Shown here: piece by piece, positions 23,824 through 36,840 of the stretch
How positions within the stretch are numbered: the first letter of the stretch is position 1
How the letters are laid out: every line of letters starts with the position of its first letter
Source: Camelus ferus
Taxonomy: Eukaryota
NCBI RefSeq assembly: GCF_009834535.1
Contig: NC_045696.1
Span: forward strand, 39,742,001 to 39,806,000
DNA: 64,000 bases
Direction of reading: 5' to 3'
Notes under the pieces: generated by a model
What the model was told of the DNA's origin: nothing
The model's database searches: none
The model's input: only the letters and a program-made list of their open reading frames with translations
Translations under genes and position numbers: made by a program

Positions 23824-25274
23824 GCCTTCTCTCTCTCCAAGGTGATATGCAGCAGGTTCATACCTGTAAGGGTAGAAGCTAAGTCTGGAATATTTCTATT
23901 CAGTAAATAAGTAGCCAGTGCCCCTCACCACCATGACACTTCCCCCAGGACTCCCCAGACCTCCCTACTCTCCAGCATCTAAACAGGATGGCCTTGGCAC
24001 AGCTGGAGGTCTCTAGAGCCCTGCACCAGACCCAAGGTTTGCATCTGCTCTGAAAGGGGCCCGTGCCATACCAAGTGTTGAAGACTTTTGATATTACCCC
24101 AGTCCTTCCCCTGTCTACCTACAAAGTCTCCTTTTCTCTTACTTTGTCCTTCTGTCAATCTAGTCTCAGGACTATGGAGAAACCCCAGCTTCAGTGTTGT
24201 TTCATCCCTGCATAAGTGTGTGTCACATTCAGTTCTGTAGCTGCTATTTATACACATGATAGATAGCAAGATAATTTTTCTGACTCAAGGAGAGGAAGGT
24301 ATTTGATTTTGTTATCAGCATCACAGAACTGCCATGTGATACGGGCTACTTTAAGCAAGTGGCTTTGAAAGGAGAGCTCTGTCTCTCTTCATAATCACAG
24401 CATTGTTGAAAGCTTGTTTCTGTGAATCCACTCCCCTGCCTGGAATGTGGAGAAGACTGGTCTCCATGAGCAAGACTAGGGAAACTAAAGGAGAGTTTCA
24501 GAGTGTAAGGGCTAAAAAGAGATCAGAAAACCACTGTGTTTTCTGGTTAAAAATCACACGCCAAATATTTCAGATTACTAGATCAAATTAAGACCTTTTG
24601 AGATGCAAAGAAAATGAAACAATTGGAAATTTGAGATTGGTGGGTTTTCTGAGAGCATCAGTTATTAACTACTGTCCCCTTTACTAGCCTTTTGTTCCAG
24701 AGATGACTCTTCTGATTTGGTGCTGCCACTGCATTGGCAATTGGATGGTCTGTAGGCACCAGCCCAGCTTGTGCTCTGCCCCTGCCTTTGCAGTCTACAA
24801 AGACATAGCTAAACCCTAGCTTGAGTGGTGGGCTATTTTGATACACACCCCTTGTCCACACTGCAGAACCCTGAGTAGGTGCATCATCTTGCTCTCTCTT
24901 TGGGGCACTCTCAGCTAAACCCCACACTGCACTCAAACCTAATGGAAACTTTCAACTACTCTATCACTTTAGGTCACAGAAGACTTGGGAAGATGAGAAA
25001 GGTGATTTATGGCTCCCTCATGGCTAGGTCTGCTGTGCTGCTGTCTCTCTAGTCTTCTTCATGACTTTGTGAAGCTGCTTCTTCTAACATCTCAGACAGA
25101 AAGCTAGGCAAATGGCTACTCTACTCTCAGAACTCAAGCGTAAAGAGAACTCTGAGGGGAATTCTCTGGGTCTGTCCTTGCTGCTTTCCTTTTTGCATAT
25201 TTATCAATGACTTGGATCAATGAATAGAAATCATGGTGTTCTAGTCAATAAATGACACGATGCTAAGAGAAACA

Positions 25275-25480
25275 GCTGAGCATAAAATAGTAGCTGCAAA
25301 CCCATGTCTAGTGCTTACTATATCCATTCTTCTATGTGCTTCACATATATATTAGCTCATTTAATTCTTATTTCATAGATGGGAATCTTCAAGTCACTTG
25401 TCCAAGGCCACTCAGAAGGAAAGGATAGAGTTAAGGTATGAATCCAAGTAGACTGGCTCTAAAGTACAAGCTCTTAACCA
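25275..25480 (-). mobile_element. MIR SINE
   Basis: gtgcttcacatatattagctcatttaattct...aagtcacttgtccaaggccac...gctcttaacca. Confidence 0.7.
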
Positions 25481-25949
25481 TTCTATTTCAATGCCCTCAG
25501 CATGGTGTAATAGTTCAGCCAGTAGAATGGATTTTTTAGATATGCTAAAACAAAGGGAAGAATACAATAGGTAGGGAAAGGGCTGATTTTATGAGTTTAT
25601 GTAAAAAGGAACAAGAGTTTTTAGTTGGTCATAATCTGGATTTGAATGGAAATAAGCTGCTTCTAAAAAAGGTAACACAACCACAGACTTGTGGCAAGGA
25701 AAAATATAATCCAGTAAAGAGGAGGTAAATGTTCCACACTGTATACAAACTACCCTGGCCTATAGATTATGCTGATATTTCATCTATCTCGTGTCAGAGT
25801 TCACGAACAACACTATCAGACTCAAGATGTCTAGGACGTTAGCCCAAATGATGTTCAGTCCAGTGACCACTCCATATGAAATGAGACAGAAGCTTGTCAA
25901 AGAGGGCATATAGTAGCAGTTTTCAGATATTCCAAGAATATTCACAAGG

Positions 25950-26190
25950 AAGAGGTATGGTTTGTGGTATGGTTAATAGCTCAAGATCAAAAGGACTCAT
26001 CTAAGTGCTCAAATTCTTCCACAAGAGTCAGAGCTGCCTCATTAAGCAGTGACCTCCCAGGCAACAGAAGTTTCAAAATGTGTCTGGATGACCATTTGTT
26101 GAACATCTCATTATTGGAAAATAATATTAATTGGAATACCGTTCCAACAAAGCTGTTTTAGGAATCTGGCTCTTCAAAGGTAGTTTTTAG
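25950..26190 (+). mobile_element. L3/CR1 LINE 3' remnant
   Basis: agtcagagctgcctc...gcagtgacctcccaggcaacagaagtttcaaaatgtgtctggatgaccatttgt resembles the L3 3' end. Confidence 0.4.
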
Positions 26191-27462
26191 CCAAAAAACA
26201 GTTTCCCACCCAATTGTTAACTGGAAAACATCAAATTAGATTAGCTTTTCAAAACTCATATTAGCATATAATGATGAGCAATATTACCATTAAATTTGAA
26301 AGAATAATACTGAATTCTGAATAAGGAAACTCTGAAACTCTTTATCATGTATTTTGCAAAAATGTTGAGAGCCCAATTTCAAATGGATGTTTTCCTGCCA
26401 CTTCAGTGTTTTTAAGTGCTTTGTCTTCGGGAAAATGCTTCAGTAAATGAAAGTGTGATAGTTAAGTGGCTGAACACCCTGTCAAGATGCCCTGTACAGC
26501 GAGTGCACATATGACGAGTGAGGAAGGGAGAAAAGGTCAATGTAATTAGAGGAATGAATTCTGGGTAACCCCAAAGAACATGTCTGGTGAGGCATCTATG
26601 TTCACATTTCTTTGAACTTTGTCTGTCCTAAGGGAGATGAAGCCATTACACAGACATGATGTGTTAACCTTTCAGTACAATGCAGCCCACATTCCTCCAT
26701 CCATTCATCATCATCAGTGGTATTTGTGTTCAGTGCTGTCACGCAAGCTACTGCCAACAATTATTAAAAAGCAAACCAAAAGGTTATGCATTTAGGAGAC
26801 AAAGCAAAACCAATTTTCACAATGCGTCCTATGAAGATGTCAATCCATTAAGGGGAAAAATCGCTAAGGAGCTCCTTCAAGATACTCTTACATCAAGAAC
26901 TATCTACAGAGACCTAAGAAGTAAATGAAGTGATTATCTGTCACTCACGATTTCTCTTCTCTGAAATGGAATCCACAATGGCTGTGGCACAGCCGCAGAG
27001 CAGTGTCCCCTCTCTTTTGCTCTCTATTTTACCTACATTCTCACTCACTGACTGTGAAAGCCTTTTTTTCTGGACTTTCCTCATTATCTGCTTTTTTTCT
27101 TCAAAAAACAAACAAAAATACTCTAGATTTCATTACCTGTAACTGAAAATGAAGCAAGTAGCCTCTACCTGAGACCTCATCTTTGGCACTGTCTTCTCTT
27201 TCTGCTATCCTGACCTCCTGGACACTCTAGAAAACTCGAGTTAGCCAGTCAAGGCTTTATCTTTCTCTTTAATCAGCTCTCAAGAATTTACTCTCTTATC
27301 TGGGAGACTTAGGGGACCTACAACCTCATCTGGTTCTGAGTCATATTGCTGACTCTGATCTGCATCACACATTTTTTTTCTTTCTTTGTTATCCTAAGTC
27401 CTAAAATGGAATATTGAAAGGCAGTGACTAAAGGAGAACTATATATATCACATTATAAGAAT

Positions 27463-27545
27463 TATTAGGTTGAACCCTATTAAATTAATGTTTTTGTAGG
27501 TTGACTAAGGTCAAACAGTGAAATTTAATAGGGTCAACATCTTAT
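27463..27545 (-). mobile_element. MADE2-like mariner MITE (~80 bp)
   Basis: Inverted ends tattaggttgaaccctattaaatt / aatttaatagggtcaacatctta around tttttgtaggt, the MADE2 layout. Confidence 0.75.
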
Positions 27546-27729
27546 GAGTTCTATAATGCCCATTTTAATTTTGATAATTTGTATCAAATAATTAGAGAAA
27601 ATAGACAAGTTTTAAGGAAAACTAGTATGAAAAAATAATTGCCAGTATGTTTTACATAGTTTTATTTCTTGTCTAAATCATTGTAAGTGTGCTACCAAGC
27701 AGCCCTGGCAACCTAGCATTTGGCATGCT

Positions 27730-29653
27730 GTGAAATCTCAAAAGAAATTTAAAAAATACATTGAGCTCCATGAAAATTAGAATATAGCATATGTAAATTT
27801 GTGGAACCCAGTTAAACCAGTGCTGAAAGGAAATCTGTAGCACAGATACTTTAGAAAAGAAGAAAAGTCTCATATCAATGATCTTAAGAAACTAGATAAA
27901 GAAATATAAGATAACCCCAAAGCAAGCACAGGAAGGAAATTATAATGATAACGACATAAATCAATGAACTTGAACACAGAAAAAAAAAAAATAGAGAAAA
28001 TCAATGAAACCAAGCACTGGTACTTTGAAAAGATTAATAATAAACCTCTAATAATATTAACAACATAAAGAAAAAAGACACAAGTTACCTATATCAGGAA
28101 TGACTCAGGAAATATCACTATAGATCCTGCAGACATCAAGAGGATAACAAGGAAATACTGCAAACAATTCCACACACATAAATTTGACGACTCAATTGAA
28201 ATGGACCAATTTGTCAAAAACCACAAACTACCACAACTCATGCAATATGAAATAGATCATTTGAATAGTCTTATAACCATTAAAGGTATTGAATTCATAA
28301 TTTAGACTACCCTCCTCCATCCCCAGGCCCAGACGGTTTCATTGATGAATTCTTCCAAACATTTAAAGAAGAACAATTGTCCGTTCTACACAATCTTTTT
28401 CAGAAAATAAAGAGGAAACATTTTCCAGTTCATTTTATGGAGTCAGCACTAACTTGATAGTAAAACCTGGCAGAGACATGACAAGATTAACAATAACAAC
28501 AACGACAAAACAAAAACAAACAAATAAACTACTTATAATATCACTCATGAACATATACACAAAAATACTCAATAAAATATTAGGAAATTGAATCCAGTAA
28601 TGTGCAAAAGAGAGTAATACACAACCACCAAGTGGGATTAATTATAAGAATGCAATTTTAGCTCGATTTTTGAAAATTAATGTAAATCTATTACATTAAC
28701 AGACTAAAGAAGAAAAATTACATGATTCTATCAGTTGCTGCAGAAAAAGCATTTGATAAATTCAATATTCATTTATTATAAAAACTCAGCAAACTCAGAA
28801 TAGAAGAAAACTTCTATAAACTGATAAAAGGCATCTGTGAAAATGCCACAGCTGACTTAATACTTAATGGCAAAAGACTGAATGCTTTCAAAAACAAGGT
28901 AAGAAAATTTACTTTCAGCTCTTCTATTCAACATTGTACTAAAAGTTCCAGTCATAAGTAAAAGAAATAAAAAGCACATAGATTGGAAATGAAATAAAAA
29001 TCACCTTATTTGTAGATGACATGATTATCAACGTAGAAAATCTCAAAGAAAGTACAAAAAAGCTCCTAGGATAAATAAGAGAATTTGTCAAGGTAACAGG
29101 TTACAAAGACAACATATAAATATTAATTGTATTTCTATATACCAGTAATGAACAATTGGAAAACAATACCATATAGAACAGGTCTATTAAAAAAGAACTA
29201 GTTAGGCACAAATGTAACAAATTGTACAGGAACTACATACTGAAAACTACAAAATTACGATAAAAAATTTTCAATATCTAAACAAATGAAGAGACATACT
29301 GTGTGTGTAGATTGGAAGGCTCAGTATGTTTAAGATGTTTGTTCCCCTTAAATTGACCTATAGATTTAGCACAATTCCAATAAAAATTTTAGTCAGTTTT
29401 TTGTAGATCTTGAAAAGCTGACTTTAACATTTATATGGCAAGGCAAGGGAACTAGAAAATCCCAAACAACTTCAAAAAGAAGAATAAACTGGAAGAGTCA
29501 CACTATCTCATTTTAGGACTTACTGTAAAGTTAAAGAAACTAACATAGTATGGTATCAACAAAGAGACACACAGATCAATGGGATGGAACAAAGAGCCCA
29601 GGAAATGACCCACACAAATATGACTGATTGACCTTAATAAAGATGCAAACTAC
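27730..29653 (+). mobile_element. Old L1 (L1M-type) ORF2 fragment with decayed reverse-transcriptase domain
   Basis: Translatable remnants AEKAFDK (~28740-28760) and LFVDDM (29006-29023, the FADD motif); A-rich L1 composition; many frameshifts and stops. Confidence 0.9.
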
Positions 29654-30183
29654 CGTTGTGAGCACAACGCAGTGGGCCGGTAACACGGGCTCGTATAAGA
29701 ATTACTGGAGACTGAGAAGAACTTAGGAAAGTTTAATAGGTATGCTGCTACAGACAACAGCGGGCCACACAGGCAAGAGGTGCCTGTGTGAGTGTGAGCG
29801 CCAGGGGTGGTCATGTAGGGTCTTTTTATTGGGGGGGAGGGGGCTGTGCACACAAGGAGTTGGGGCTGCTTGATCAATTTGTGCAGAGGTACCTGTCTGG
29901 TTGTAAGATCTGTCAGGGACTTCTCTCAACCATAGGTTTTACAACTTTGACAAGGGCAGGATGTGTCCGCCCAGGGTACTGTGAGATGGGCCATCTCCTG
30001 GGGCGGTGAGTTTTTGTTAGGCTAAACACACATCAAGAGAAGATGTTTTACATCTTGCAGAAATGCAGGTATGCGAAGGGTCTTGCGTTGAGGAGTGGGG
30101 GTTAAGGTGTCAATGGCTCCAGGCACACACAGAGCCCAGGGGCGGGGGTTTTATGACTCTAGAGAGTGCCAGCCAGCTCCACA
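29654..30183 (-). mobile_element. Solo ERV LTR (~530 bp, probably ERV1 class) inserted in the L1
   Basis: On the minus strand it starts TGTGGAGC and ends ...CTCACAACG. It has a TATA-like AATAAAAAGA and an ATTAAA signal. The GC-rich block interrupts L1 ORF2, which resumes immediately at 30184. Confidence 0.75.
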
Positions 30184-31010
30184 ATGACATGGAGTGAGCA
30201 TAATCTTTCAACAGTTGTTTGGAACAATTGGGTAGTCTTAGGCAAAGAAGTGAACTTTGGCTTAAATCTCATACCTTATATAAAAATTACCTCAAAAAGG
30301 ATCATATATCTAAATAAAAAAAAAAACAAAACTGTAAAACTTTCAGAAGACCACATAAGAGAAAATCTCCATGACCCTAGGTTAGGCCAAGAATTCTTAG
30401 ATATAACACCAAAAGCATGATCCCTAAAAGAAAAATATTAATAAATCGAGCTCACAAAATTAAACACTTTGATTTGTGAGAAGAACTCTCAAAACTTGAC
30501 AATCAGAAAACTAACAACCCAACTAATAAAAGAGCCAAAGATTTCAAAAAGACGTTTTAACAAAGAAGACATGTAGATGGCAACTAAGCACGTTAAAAAT
30601 GCTCAACTTTATTAGCCATGAGGGTAATCCAAATTAAATCCACAATGAGGCATTAAAGAGAACTTATTAAAGAGACTAAAATTAAAAAAATAAAACCCCC
30701 AAACAACTGACAATCTCAAGCACTGGCAAAGCTGCAGAACACCTAGAATTTTCATGCATGTTGGTGGGAATGCAAAATGTATAGCCAGTATGGAAGACAG
30801 CTTTGCAATTTCTTATCAAGTTAACTATGTGCTTCCCATATGATTTAGGAATCTCACTCCTAGGAATTTGAGAAATGAGAACTTAATGTTCACACAGAAA
30901 CACTGCAAAATAAAAACTTACATTCACACTGAAAGCCTGTACATCAATGTACATATAGCAGTTTTATTCATAATAGCACCAAATTAGAAATCACCTAGAT
31001 ATTAAATTCA
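30184..31010 (+). mobile_element. Continuation of the L1 ORF2 / 3' region
   Basis: atctttcaacag...ggaacaattgg, ctcataccttatataaaaattacctcaaa, gttggtgggaatgcaaaatg and gttttattcataatagc are all L1 3'-half hallmarks. Confidence 0.88.
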
Positions 31011-31450
31011 TTTCATATCTTCAAATTAGTATATTTATGTTTGAGTAAAAAGTCCTGGTTTCTTTTTAAAATCACTATCAGCTCTAGTACTATATGACTT
31101 CTATGCTCAGATCAGCTTCAGCTTTCTATGAGAACCACTTTTCATAAGTAGAGCTTATAAGGAGAGGTTTATTTTATCCAATTCTTTACAAGACACATAA
31201 ATTCTTCTACACATTCCTGATAAGGTGCAGTCCAGATATGATTTACCAGATATGTCTCAGCTAGCAAGGTCAGACCTAAACAAAACAGCTAGTATTTGGC
31301 TGATCATTAGAGAGAATGAATATATTTAATTTATTTAATTTAATACAAATATTGAAAATAATATTTAACTTTAGTTATTGTTAGAGCAATGTATACTCCC
31401 ATCTATTGTAGTAAGAGCAAAACTGTGCTCTTAAAAATCACTGTAGTAAA

Positions 31451-31952
31451 AAAAAAATCACTATGGTATATGTCCATGTTCAGAGCAACATTATTCACAA
31501 CAGCCAAAATGTGGATACAACCCAAGTGCCCACTGACGGATAAAAGAATAAACAAAATGTGGTATATATACACACTGGAGTATTATACAGTCTTAAAAAG
31601 TAAGGAAATCCTGTGACATCACGGATGAACGGTAAGGACATTATGCTAAGTGAAATAAACCAGACATGAAAGCACAAATATTATGTTATTCCACTTATAT
31701 GAGGTACTGAGAATAGTCATTCACAGAGACAGAAAGTAGAGTGGTGGCTGCCAGGGACTGGAGGCAGAATAGGGGGAAAGAGGAAGGAGGGAATGAGTGT
31801 TGTTGTTTAACAGGTATTTAGTTTAACTTTTGCAGAATGAAAAGCATCCTGGAGACTGGTTGCACAGCAATGTGAAATTATCTAACACTACTGAACTCTA
31901 CACTTTAAAATGGTTAAGATAACAACTTTTATGTCTATTTCACCACAACAAG
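31451..31952 (+). mobile_element. 5'-truncated L1 3' end (L1MA/L1MB-like) with TSD
   Basis: aacattattcacaacagccaaaatgtggatacaacccaagtg...ttatgctaagtgaaataaaccag...aaaatggttaagat. TSD aaaaatcact(g/c)tagtaaa at 31433-31450 and 31953-31970. Confidence 0.88.
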
Positions 31953-32161
31953 AAAAATCACTCTAGTAAATATTACAGTAATACATATTGTATAAAAAAT
32001 TTTTAGGATAACTTCCTTAAAGTGTTGGGATCATGTTTTAAGGTGTTTGATGCATATTTCCAAATTGTTCATAGAAACATGGCACCAATTTATACTTCTA
32101 CTAGCAATATTTTTTAAAAAGCCTATTTCCCCACAGTTTTGCAAGTACTGGATATTATCAT

Positions 32162-32866
32162 TTGTGGCAGAGTTTCAATAGCCATTACCCTAAGTCTTTT
32201 TTCCCTTTAGCTGAACACAAGGCTGCTTAAAATAAAGATTTCTCCTTCCTCCAGCATCTCTTGCAGCTAGGTGTGGTGATATAACCACAGTCTAGTAATG
32301 GGATTTAAAAATAATGCTATGTATAAATAAAAATAATGGGACCTAAAAGTGATGGTATGTGCAGTTTCTGGAATATTTTTGTTAAGCAGAGGGCATGTCT
32401 TTTTTCCCCTTTGTACCTGCTGCTCAGACTGTAGATGTGGCTATGGGTAGGCCACCATTTTTGACCATGACTCCCACAGTTTGAAAGCCACACACAGCAC
32501 AGCAACAGACAGAAAGGTTCAGAGTCCCTGACACCTGGATCTGCACCATGAGCTCTGGACTGCCTGCCTCCAGACTGTTACGTTGAAGACAAATACATTT
32601 CTTTCTTTTTTAAAAAAATTTTATTGAACTGTAGTTGATTTACAATGTTAGTTTCAAGTGTATAGCAAAGTGATTCAGTTACACATATACATACATGTAT
32701 ATTTTCTTTTCAGATTCTTTTCCATTATGTTATTAAAAGAAATTGAATATATTTCGCTGGGCTACACAATAGGTCCTTGAGGTTTATCTATTTTATATAT
32801 AGTAATAACATATGGGAGACAAATACATTTCTAACTGGTTTAATCTATTTGCAGCCAAATTTATCC
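32162..32866 (+). mobile_element. MaLR LTR (MLT1I/J-like), split by an L1 insertion
   Basis: ttgcagctaggtgtgg...ccattttgaccatga...ctggactgcctgcctccagact...atttgcagccaaat. Confidence 0.7.
32603..32816 (-). mobile_element. Short, relatively young L1 3'-end insertion (cetartiodactyl type)
   Basis: ttttattgaactgtagttgatttacaatgttagtttcaagtgtatagcaaagtgattcagtt...ttttcagattcttttccattat. Perfect 16-bp TSD agacaaatacatttct at 32587-32602 and 32817-32832. Confidence 0.9.
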
Positions 32867-33394
32867 TTCAGTCTTTTAGTCTTCATTCTTTTTAGTCTTT
32901 ATCATATAGGTGAAAAATGATATCTTAGTTTTGTTACACATAGCTCTTTTCCACTGAGAGTTAAAATTTCTGGAGTTATTGCTACCTTTAGCTAAGCAAA
33001 GGAAAGAGTACAGGGACATATTTTTTTCTTCCTTTCATATCTGGGATGGCATATTGCTAGGGTCCTTCCCAATATGAAAGAGTAAATCTATTATCATCCC
33101 CTTTCTCTTTAATTCAGAGATTGTCTGGAAGATAAGGTTGCTAAGATCACCAGATATTTATTGCAATATTCTATTCAACTGATACTTGGAAAGAATGCTT
33201 AGATTTTAATAGTGATGCTTTAGAGGATTTTAATAATGATAAGAAGCCAAGGTGTCAGATCTTTCTGATTCTTTTAATAAAATCAGACTGAAATTAGAAA
33301 CTGGATCTACCATCTCTAGTCAATTTAGGCCTTGCTACTCTCGTTGGGTGGGTGTGGGGAAGAAGCATAGTGAAACTATGAAATCTGTCTTGAT

Positions 33395-33470
33395 GTTTTC
33401 AAACTTGAGCGTGTATTACAATCACACGGAGAGCTTTTTAAAAACACAGATTGCTAGGCCCCATGCCTGC
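33395..33470 (+). mobile_element. MER5A 5' half
   Basis: ttttcaaacttgagcgtgtattacaatcacacggagagctttttaaaaacacagattgctaggcccc. Confidence 0.7.
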
Positions 33471-35759
33471 AGAATTGGCTGGCCACATTCTTTTTGGACA
33501 GGCAGAACAGCAGGATGAACAATTCTGGTGTACAACTGCCTCATTCCAGGCATTTTGCCACCATTTTGGGGTAACTCTGCCAACTCAAGGGACCAGGCAA
33601 AACATTTAGAAGGAAACAGGAATGGCAAGAGGCAGGGTGTAATGTACTTATTCAAGGTCATTGCTTAGTTTTCTTTAGGACGTTGGACTGATTTTCATCA
33701 AACAGACTGACTTCTGTCAAATTTAAACTTTTGCTTATTCCCATAGTAGAAGCATCACATAAGACCCAATCTCTACTTCAGTGCATCCAGAGAATTTTCT
33801 CCTTTTGGCATTAGGGAGCAGAGCCACAGGCCCTCATCTAACCTCCTTACAGATGAAATGATGCAACTGAATTTACGTCACAGTGTTCCTGGAGAACACT
33901 CAACCCCTGTCGTAGATAGTCTTGGCTACATTTCAGCAACATGAGAATCGCTTTAACTACGATTCCTGACTTCACCGATCTCTTCCACTTTACTGTATTT
34001 ACCATTAACTCTGAATCAGGGTATCTGTGGTTGAAAATAAATTTTCAGCCCCAGGACAAATTTAATGATGAGGTTTCATAATAGCTGTTTCCCTTAAAGA
34101 GGGCATGTCACATTATTAATATTTAATTGGTGCTTATCCATTCTGAGTATTTTATTCACAATTACCAAGTTATTATACTGGTTTTCATTTCTATTAAGTA
34201 AGTTTTTATCAAATAAAACACATCTGAGTGGAAAACTTTCATTCTCTTATCTCAAATGCAGTCAGGGAAATAGAAAAGATTAGATGAGACACTGCAATTT
34301 ACAGATGTAATGTATTTTATTATATGAGTTGGAGATCTTATCCTACGAAAAAGATAGGGAAATAAATTTAGAAGGCAGCTTAAAAATTGTTCAATTTAGC
34401 ACTTTTGTTTTACAGATTCAAAAAAAATCTGAGATTCAAAGACTTTAGGTAATTTACACAAGATCACATGACAAAACTAGTGACTAAGTCAGTTTTAGAA
34501 ATGGGACACCTAGTGCTTTGTAAAGTCAATATTAAATAAAATGAACTGAATTCTAGCATTTCAAAGGGTGAATAAATTATTATAATTCTCTTTGGTCTAT
34601 CTGATGAGGCTTTTAGAAAAATGAAATTGATAATTCAGAAACATTTAAAAAAAAAAAGTCTCAAGGATTTATATACTGATGTCCCTCCAAACAGTTCATT
34701 AAAATGATTGATTTAAACCAAGTAAAACCTATCATTAATGATGTATTCCTGCTGACTTATGAGGAACTGTAAGTGAGTGATACAGGGAGAATCTTGGAGA
34801 AGGGATGAAGATGCTAAAGAGAAGCCATGGGGGGACAACAGCCCAGTTGGGATGCGTTTGGAATAAATCTTTCCCTTAATAACTTCCTCAACATTCAACA
34901 TCCTCAGTATCTCAACATCACAACATCTACACTTATTGTTTAGGCTTATATTTTTCTTCAGTCTATATTGTTTCCACAGTTGCTTAAGACTCATGAATAA
35001 ACGCTAGCACTAATGGCAATAATAAATTTTCATGGCAAAATAGTATTCTTTTAATTGAATATAGTTAATGAAAATGGTTGTGATTTCAAAAACACGTAAA
35101 ATATTAACTTCTTATTCTTTGAAGAATTAGGAAGAATAATTGGGGTGCTCAAACAAGGGAAATTTTGAATAAAATTTGGCTTTAAATGACCAGTTTTCAT
35201 CTTGACAAGTTCTGTGGCCATACAAATATATGGCTGAATGAATTCAGGACAAGAACAATCAATCAATTGTGCCAAATTTATTAAATTCAGCTAACCCACA
35301 TGCAAGTTTAGTTAGATAAAACACAACCAAGTCAGATGACTGGAATGAGAAATACTGATGTTTTAGTTACTCAGTGCTTTATGTGTAGGTGTGAACACAT
35401 CACTGAAAGGAGAACCTCCAAAAGAATGTCTAGAAACCATCTTCTTTGTTCTCACCTTGTCTTTTGGCTTTGCCCCCATGTCTCTGCACTTTGGAACCAT
35501 TGGGATGAGAGCAATTCACTCCCTTCCCTTTCTGTGACTGAGGGAAGAGTCAGGCTCAGGCTCACACTGTTAGTCAACTTCAAAATTGTGAATTAGACTA
35601 TGGAAAATATTGGTAGCAGCTGTCTGTTCTAGAAAAAGAATTACATCAAAGACTGTATGTTGCCTCCATGTTTGATTCTTAGCCTACTGAGAAATGATTG
35701 ATAACAATTAAGTTCTAACATGTATTTTGTGTTTATTACATGTAATTACTGCTTAATGT

Positions 35760-35930
35760 ATGTTACTTAACCCTTAACACAACCCAATAAGGTAGACCCA
35801 ATTATTAATATTTCCATTTTACAGATGAAGAAATAAAGGCAGAACAAGCTTAAGCTACTTGCTTAAGATGGGCAGCTCATAATTGGTAGAGTTGTAATTT
35901 AAACCCAAATCCTAATCATTCCACTCTTCT
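35760..35930 (-). mobile_element. MIR SINE
   Basis: ccattttacagatgaagaaataaaggcagaacaagcttaagctacttgc. Confidence 0.7.
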
Positions 35931-36249
35931 TGATCAGAGCTCAGGTTAGACATATTTGGAAAGAAGACAATTTGTGTGAATCAAGACAAATTACTCATGG
36001 AAATTCAAAACCCATGCAAAATGAGGAATATAGCAGATGCACTGAGATATTAGTCCATCTGGTTGTTTGGAAACAAGAATTGTAATTATAGCTTCCATAA
36101 ACAAAAGCCTGAGAGTCTAGTATCTGAGAAATACAGAGACAGAAAACATTTTATGAGGTAATCTAGCCCATTCTTTATCTTAATGCAAGACTGGCTAGAA
36201 CAACAATCTTGAAAATCACTGGAATTTCTAGGTTCTTTTTTCAACAAGT

Positions 36250-36840
36250 ATTTACTTGTTAGTATTATGAACAGTTTAAAGCATTTTAAGATATGGTTCT
36301 TGTCTTCTTGGAACCTACTGTTAGGAAAAACTGGTCATTCACATTTCACATTAGGTATGTAACAACATAGGGTAATTCTATTTAGTTAAGTGTCACGATG
36401 AATACTACAGACAACATACCTTTGCAATCCCTTTGCTAGATGTATTCAGTCAGGGTACAACAATGTGGACCTGTTAGGAGAAGTTTCATGTAGGAAGTGA
36501 GTTTGAGCTAGGACCTGAATGCTAGGTGAGATTAAGAGAGTGATCAAGTGTGCATACTAAGTGGAAGGTAGGATCAGTACGTTCTGGGGGCAGTGAGGAG
36601 ACAGCTGTGACTGGAAGGAAGGCATGCAGAGAGCCGTTCAATGGGTAAGATAAGGTACCCTTTGGCTTAGGAGTTTGGACTAGATATTAAAGCAGCATGG
36701 AATTATGTGAGACTTTAAGGAGATGTTCAAGTGTTTTAGGATGATATGGAGAAAAGATTGGAAAGGAATAACCTGAAGTTAGGGAAAATGGTTAAGAGAC
36801 TGGAGCACAAATCCTAGTATGATGCAGGAGCTGTGAAATA
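36250..36840 (-). mobile_element. L2 LINE fragment (antisense)
   Basis: gaagtttcatgtaggaagtgagtttgagctaggacctgaatg and gactttaaggagatgttcaagtgttttag are L2-like. Confidence 0.5.
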
